Source of the DNA: Candidatus Poribacteria bacterium
GTDB lineage: Bacteria; Poribacteria; WGA-4E; WGA-3G
Assembly (NCBI GenBank): GCA_965214095.1
Contig: OZ243938.1
Coordinates: forward strand, 4,256,001 to 4,320,000
DNA length: 64,000 bases
Direction of reading: 5' to 3'
Below, one piece after another: positions 59,401-64,000 of this stretch. The notes beneath the pieces were generated by a model. It did no database searches. It was not told the origin of the DNA and worked only from the letters and a program-made list of their open reading frames with translations. How positions within the stretch are numbered: position 1 is the first letter of the stretch; the number at the start of each line of letters is the position of its first letter. The position numbers were made by a program, and so were the translations under genes.

Positions 59401-61267
59401 ATTTTCACCAGACGGAACTAAGTTGAGTGCAATTGTATCACCACGTAACCGACAGAACGGTTCAGTTATGCTATGGAATACACAAACACATGAATTGGAA
59501 AAAACCGTTATTGAGAAGAAATACTCCTTTCTATTTGTGTCTATAGATTTTTCTAACGAAGGTAACCCAATCGCTGTAGTTGGAGAACGGAAAAAACTCT
59601 ATATCAGGAATCTTGATACTGATGAAAACATCGCAATGCTTGAAGGACATGATGAGATCGTCCATATAGCAGCATTTTCACCAGATAAATCTATGCTTGC
59701 GAGTGCAGGAAGTAGCGGGGCAATCCGCTTGTGGGATGTAGAAACTGGTAGACTCCACTCAATATTTTCTGGGTATACGAATGCTATTTTTTCAGTGGCG
59801 ATGATGTCTAACGGTACAACCCTCGTTACTGCAAACCGTGATCAACCGTTGCAGTTGTGGGATAGCCTGACGTTAAAAAATATAGGGACAATTCAGGGAG
59901 CAAGAGATCCTTATGCTGCATCAGCTGTGACGTTTTCACCCGACGAGACGATCCTTGCAGGTGGTGCCTATGATGATGTGGTGTTATGGGATGCAAATAG
60001 TCTACAAAAAACTGTTACTTTGAAAGGACATAAAGGGCAAATAAGAACTCTTGCTTTTTCTCCTGATGGACAGACACTCGCAGCATTTAGCATGTATGAT
60101 AAGACTATTCAATTGTGGAATGTGTCTACCGGAGAAGAAAAATTCAAACTTAATGGGCATGCGGAAAAGATTTATTCTTTGGCGTTTTCTCAAGATGGCA
60201 CACTAATCGTCACTGCTGAAACTTTGTCGCAAGACGACCAAGCAATCCGACTCTGGGATGCTAAGACTGGTGAGAATATTACTACATTCGCAAATTTGAT
60301 TCGCGCGAACATAAATATGAGATTACCTGTCCTGGCTGTTGCATTTTCACCTGATGGAAAGACTGTTGCCAGTATAGATTTCAGTGCCGACATTCAATTG
60401 TGGAATGCGGAAACAAAAAAACACAGAACTACACTGAAAGCGGATTTAGAAAACATTCACGGTCATTACAGTGAGTATTCTGCAATAGCGTTTTCACCAG
60501 ATGGGACAACCTTGGTAAGTAGTGGACCTCGCGCTACCATTAATGTTTGGGACATTGAAACCGGAAAACATCAAAAAGTGTTGAAGGGACATACAGGTCA
60601 GGTCACATCTCTTGAATATTCAACGGATGGTACGACACTTGTAAGTGGAAGCATAGATGGCACCGTGCTTTTATGGGAAATGAGTGCATCCCCTGTCACA
60701 CGTCTGGACATCACACCGAATACTGTCCAATCTCCCCCTATTGGTCAACAACTCACATTTAACATTGATATTGCAGATGGACAGAATGTTAACGGTTATC
60801 AATTTACAATAAACTATAATGCATCTGCACTACGTTACATCTCAAAATCCGAAATTCAGATCAACAATACAATTCCTCTTGAAATTGCGGAAAATACCAT
60901 TACACTTGCAGGAAATGCAACACAGGGTAGAATCATAACAGATGGCACAATCACCTCCGTAACATTTGAAGTTATTAAACGCATAGACACAACCTTAACG
61001 ATAACGGATGCACACCTTACTCACAGTGATGGCAGCCGTTCAATTCCAGTAGTTGGTCAAGCAAAGGTAATTGAACCACCGCGTATCCCGGAAGATGTTA
61101 ACCTTGATTGGCAATTAGATGTTGCAGACCTTGAATTTGTATCAAAACGTCTTGGACAAAAAGGAAAGGACAATCCTGCTGATGTTAACAAAGATGGAAT
61201 TGTGGATATAGCAGATCTTGTCTTAATCAGAAATGCATTATATGGACCTGAATCTGAAACAGAATGA
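56456..61267 (+). CDS. Large exported WD40-repeat protein: 2x(WD40 block + cohesin-like) plus C-terminal dockerin-like domain
   Basis: Two WD40 blocks each begun by an LP(E)..ARxG(K/R)G motif; two cohesin-like segments; DVN.D...D..DL / DVNKDGIVDIADLVL paired dockerin motif. Confidence 0.88.
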   Translation: MKPMRILVITFLALMALIPIVGAEDVSQWSLPENAIARFGKGVISDLAYSPDGKLLAVSTYIGMWLFDANSGKELALLTGYSNEDFKRFSGNASHYSTLSFSPDGKLLTSPSWDGKVRVWDVPTRKLIATIKGHHRSALFSPDGKTLAIDKKLWDTHTFKEIKFLTEDPTSMRALAFSPDGTTLITSTVRDSIILWNLRTGENKSIPIGHTSYLNTLGFSPDGEIIVCRGNKGNTVALWNTATGKQITDLSGNKNVVNSVAYSPDGETIASSCSEMICIWDAKTKQQITTLPRNGTRFNEVEYTPDGKTLAVVRTNGEIQLFDVKTGQLIHTLIQPQTIFTMLPSPDGKMIATGALSDIILWDLHTRKPKTYLIGDTDFTTPALFSQNGKNLIGISRSEDQTKLDSWDISTEKRQETFSQNVKDVSSSELSTDGKTLAINLREKGIQLWDITTGKLKKTLSTQTGEFGTMVFSPDNNHFVTRDNQSTIELWDAVTGEHKVVLTQHSGGTKELVYSKDGKMLASCTDHEARLWDMQTESQLPTTFSTSGLMPGFNALALSPDGAILASGSYDAKIRIWNTKTGRLMDTLIGHTGVIEELVFLPQQINELKENNEINISIPRGTTLASRSRDGTVLLWEIRPYVGTEASVRVIPDIIESPSVGREVTVNLDIEGGEKVSGFQLTLDYDPVAFQYVSSKRGTFLANEATFDVSIEPSWKSAPNRVKLVSSSSPDAAMNGNGTLASVTFEVIDQKASTLSLPRARLENQDGSVSRPIVFSSSVSKPAIMKDISLDTMQLALPEGVKARLGRGTIYDIKFSPDNTQLAVASSIGIWIYDINNDEAQSLFADNAAGAIKIAFSPDGKFIASSCSDRRVRVWNLINGQLLRAFDIDHRYSNNNAIAFSSDGRTLANGTTLWDIHTGQHKNTLKWHHSDRVQAMTFSPDGKMIATTTRRSNVRLWDAASGQEIAKLHEGGEYTSQNHQVVFSPDGTKLSAIVSPRNRQNGSVMLWNTQTHELEKTVIEKKYSFLFVSIDFSNEGNPIAVVGERKKLYIRNLDTDENIAMLEGHDEIVHIAAFSPDKSMLASAGSSGAIRLWDVETGRLHSIFSGYTNAIFSVAMMSNGTTLVTANRDQPLQLWDSLTLKNIGTIQGARDPYAASAVTFSPDETILAGGAYDDVVLWDANSLQKTVTLKGHKGQIRTLAFSPDGQTLAAFSMYDKTIQLWNVSTGEEKFKLNGHAEKIYSLAFSQDGTLIVTAETLSQDDQAIRLWDAKTGENITTFANLIRANINMRLPVLAVAFSPDGKTVASIDFSADIQLWNAETKKHRTTLKADLENIHGHYSEYSAIAFSPDGTTLVSSGPRATINVWDIETGKHQKVLKGHTGQVTSLEYSTDGTTLVSGSIDGTVLLWEMSASPVTRLDITPNTVQSPPIGQQLTFNIDIADGQNVNGYQFTINYNASALRYISKSEIQINNTIPLEIAENTITLAGNATQGRIITDGTITSVTFEVIKRIDTTLTITDAHLTHSDGSRSIPVVGQAKVIEPPRIPEDVNLDWQLDVADLEFVSKRLGQKGKDNPADVNKDGIVDIADLVLIRNALYGPESETE

Positions 61268-61460
61268 TATTCTTATCCTATCAAGGTTATTTTCAAATGA
61301 AACCCAAAAGTGTACATTTTAGAACATTGGATGTACTTTTCTGTGCAGCTCTTCAGCTTATGTATGCTAATACACATCTAAACAGTGATATCTATTGGCA
61401 TATAAATTGCTGACATGCAGGTATAGTCGTATGTAAAATGGTATTCGGAGGATAAGAACT

Positions 61461-64000
61461 GTGAAACTTTATAGGTTTCTAATTGCAACATTACTATTTC
61501 TATGTGTTTTTCTTCAATATGTTGTTGCTGAAGATTCTTCTCAGTGGTCACTACCAGAAAATGCTGTAGCACGTATCGGTAAAGGACAGATAACTGATAT
61601 GGCATATTCACCGGATGGTAAATTGCTTGCTGTGGGAACTTCTATAGGCGCGTGGCTATATGACACACATACAGGGAAAGAACTGGCACTGTTTGCTGGA
61701 TACAAATTTTCCAGGATTGTAGAGTTTCGGGATAATTTGAACCGTATTATTTATTATAACACATCTATTGCGTTTTCGCCAGATGGTAAGACTTTGGCAA
61801 CCGCATGTTGGGATGATAACATCCGTTTTTGGGATGTGCAGACACATGAGATCAAAGCTACATTGGAAGTGCAAGGAGGCGTTAAGACAGTTTTATTCTC
61901 TCCAGATGGAAGGACATTTATTAGTGCAGGTAGTCTTATCCAACTTTGGGACGCGAATTCTCTACAGCATAAATTCACCTTTAAGGAAAATTACGAGTAC
62001 ATTACATCATTAGCAGTATCCCCGGATGGTACGACACTTGCCAGTGCAAGTGATGATGAAAGGATAGACCTATGGGATATGCAAAAGGGTGAACACCTCA
62101 CTAAGATACACGGACGAACAAGATCGGATAAGGTATTAGCGTTTTCACCAGATGGTACTATACTTGCATGTCGTGGTCCTAACGAAACGATACGCCTATG
62201 GAACACAAAAACAAGAAAACGACTAAAATTGCTCATCGGACATTATAGAACAGTCGTGTCAGTGGGGTTTTCCCCAGATGGTAAAACCCTTGCCAGTGGA
62301 AGTTGGGATAGGACAATAATGTTGTGGGATGTCCAAACAGGAAAACACAAAGCAACTCTTACTGGACATAAAGGTGAGGTAAATACCTTAGTATATTCAC
62401 CGGATGGGAAAACCTTGGCAACTGGAAGTTCTGATGGCACAATTCGTTTTTGGAATACACAAGCTAATCAACATAAGAACACCCTCATCCATTCACATTC
62501 TTGGTCACAAATGGCTCTCTCTTCGGATGGCAAGACATTTATAACTTCTGAGAGTAAAGATATATTGTTGTGGAATATTCATACACGTCAACTAAAGACG
62601 CGCCTCACAAGCGATCTACACTTCCGTTACTACATCCTTTCTTCACAAAGTGGATCAACAATCGCTAATGCTGGCTATGGAAATAGAGATAAAGAATTTC
62701 CGCAATTTCCATACGGAAATAAAGATAAGCAATTTCTATTATGGAATGTGCACACAGGGGAACGTAGAGAACCCTTCATAGAACAACATAAGGATGTTTT
62801 TTCAGATACAAGATCAAGGATGCTATCGCCAGATGGAACAATACTTGCTGTTGGTAAAGAGGACGGCACGGTGCAACTGTGGAACACCCATACGGGTGAA
62901 AACAAAGCAACGTTCACAAAACACAATAAATATATATCTGCTTTAGTATTCTCACCAGATGGTAAACTCCTTGCAACAGGTGATGAACAACAGACAATCC
63001 ATTTGTGGGATACCGTTTCTGCAGAACACATAATATCCTATACGACTGGTTTTGGCACAATTGGATCGTTAGCGTTCTCACCAGATAATAAAGTACTCGC
63101 GAGCGCAACCCAATTTGAAATCCGCTTATGGAATTTAGAAACAGGCGAATACACCGCAACTTACAAGCGACTTAGTACAACATCGTTAGCATTCTCTCCT
63201 GATGGGAAAATGCTTGCCAGCGGTTATCGGGATGCTAAAATACGATTGTGGGATACACGGACAGGACATCTCTATGATACATTAATTGGACATTTTGGTG
63301 GGATTACTTCGTTAGCATTCCTGCAACCAAATGACATGTCAAAAACAACGTATAGTAAAAAGGACATTGCCACACAAAACCAATATATTATAGCGAGTTT
63401 GAGTGAGGACAAAACCGTTTACTTATGGAAAGTAAAACCTGTCGTTGATACAAACACGGTTGTAAAACTCACCCCACATCTCGTGGAATCCCCTGCTGTT
63501 GGAGAACAGTTGACATTCAACATTGACATTAAAGGCGCGAAGAATATCACTGGTTTTCACACAACAATAGATTTTGATAACACTGTTCTTCGTTATGTCT
63601 CAAGTAAAAATGGAGACTACCTCACTGGTGAGATTTCTGCTGAAGTAACACATATCTATCCAAATCGCGTAAAACTTGTATCCACAGCTTCAAGTAAAAT
63701 TGGTCATGGTGATGTTACACTTGCAAGTGTAACATTTAAAGTTATTGATCAGAAAGCCTTGTACCTAAGCCTATCAAAAGTTCGACTTGAAAAATCTGAT
63801 GGCAGTTTAGCGCGTCCAACTGTTATAGGCAGCACCGTATACGATCCACAGCAGAATATGCAACCTATAGAAGATTACACACAATTTGCTTTGCCTGAGG
63901 GTGCTACCACGCGACTTGGTAAAGGTAGAGTAAATGCTATGGAGTTTTCACCTGACAATACGCAGCTTGTTGTTGCAACTTCTATTGGAATCTGGATTTA
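61461..64000 (+). CDS. Large exported WD40/cohesin protein, runs off the window end (absent from the ORF track)
   Basis: GGAGG RBS then GTG AAA CTT...; AEDSSQWSLPENAVARIGKG; same frame still reads LPEGATTRLGKG at 63891; paralog of 56456-61267. Confidence 0.82.
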   Translation, partial: MKLYRFLIATLLFLCVFLQYVVAEDSSQWSLPENAVARIGKGQITDMAYSPDGKLLAVGTSIGAWLYDTHTGKELALFAGYKFSRIVEFRDNLNRIIYYNTSIAFSPDGKTLATACWDDNIRFWDVQTHEIKATLEVQGGVKTVLFSPDGRTFISAGSLIQLWDANSLQHKFTFKENYEYITSLAVSPDGTTLASASDDERIDLWDMQKGEHLTKIHGRTRSDKVLAFSPDGTILACRGPNETIRLWNTKTRKRLKLLIGHYRTVVSVGFSPDGKTLASGSWDRTIMLWDVQTGKHKATLTGHKGEVNTLVYSPDGKTLATGSSDGTIRFWNTQANQHKNTLIHSHSWSQMALSSDGKTFITSESKDILLWNIHTRQLKTRLTSDLHFRYYILSSQSGSTIANAGYGNRDKEFPQFPYGNKDKQFLLWNVHTGERREPFIEQHKDVFSDTRSRMLSPDGTILAVGKEDGTVQLWNTHTGENKATFTKHNKYISALVFSPDGKLLATGDEQQTIHLWDTVSAEHIISYTTGFGTIGSLAFSPDNKVLASATQFEIRLWNLETGEYTATYKRLSTTSLAFSPDGKMLASGYRDAKIRLWDTRTGHLYDTLIGHFGGITSLAFLQPNDMSKTTYSKKDIATQNQYIIASLSEDKTVYLWKVKPVVDTNTVVKLTPHLVESPAVGEQLTFNIDIKGAKNITGFHTTIDFDNTVLRYVSSKNGDYLTGEISAEVTHIYPNRVKLVSTASSKIGHGDVTLASVTFKVIDQKALYLSLSKVRLEKSDGSLARPTVIGSTVYDPQQNMQPIEDYTQFALPEGATTRLGKGRVNAMEFSPDNTQLVVATSIGIWI

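Overview
A ~40% GC bacterial window. The WD40/cohesin/dockerin proteins, FGE-sulfatase lipoprotein, Gfo/Idh/MocA and GH32 genes suggest Candidatus Poribacteria, but this is an inference. Housekeeping genes are leuS, rnj, leuC/leuD, gmk, coaBC, rsmA, rpmB, rel/spoT, recJ, infC-rpmI-rplT-pheS-pheT, menG/ubiE and bioA. The standout feature is at 17374-22912. The six ORFs in the track are really three tandem genes, each split by an in-frame TGA in the motif DGPLxDE(S/A)C-TGA-G(S/T)GKxLR. Each TGA is followed at an identical distance by a conserved hairpin. The proteins resemble animal selenoprotein N (SELENON) and carry one or two copies of an unassigned C-terminal domain, so this looks like a bacterial operon of SelN-like selenoproteins with bacterial-type SECIS elements. 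Other notable items: an IS4-family element with a 20-bp target duplication interrupting a WD40 gene; a related MITE carrying paired REP hairpins between pheS and pheT; dispersed GTAG-type REPs; a Phe T-box upstream of pheS; an ATA-initiated infC; three toxin-antitoxin pairs; a ferredoxin-membrane-Hsp20-like fusion; and a cluster of large WD40-cohesin(-dockerin) proteins. No rRNA, tRNA or CRISPR array was seen.
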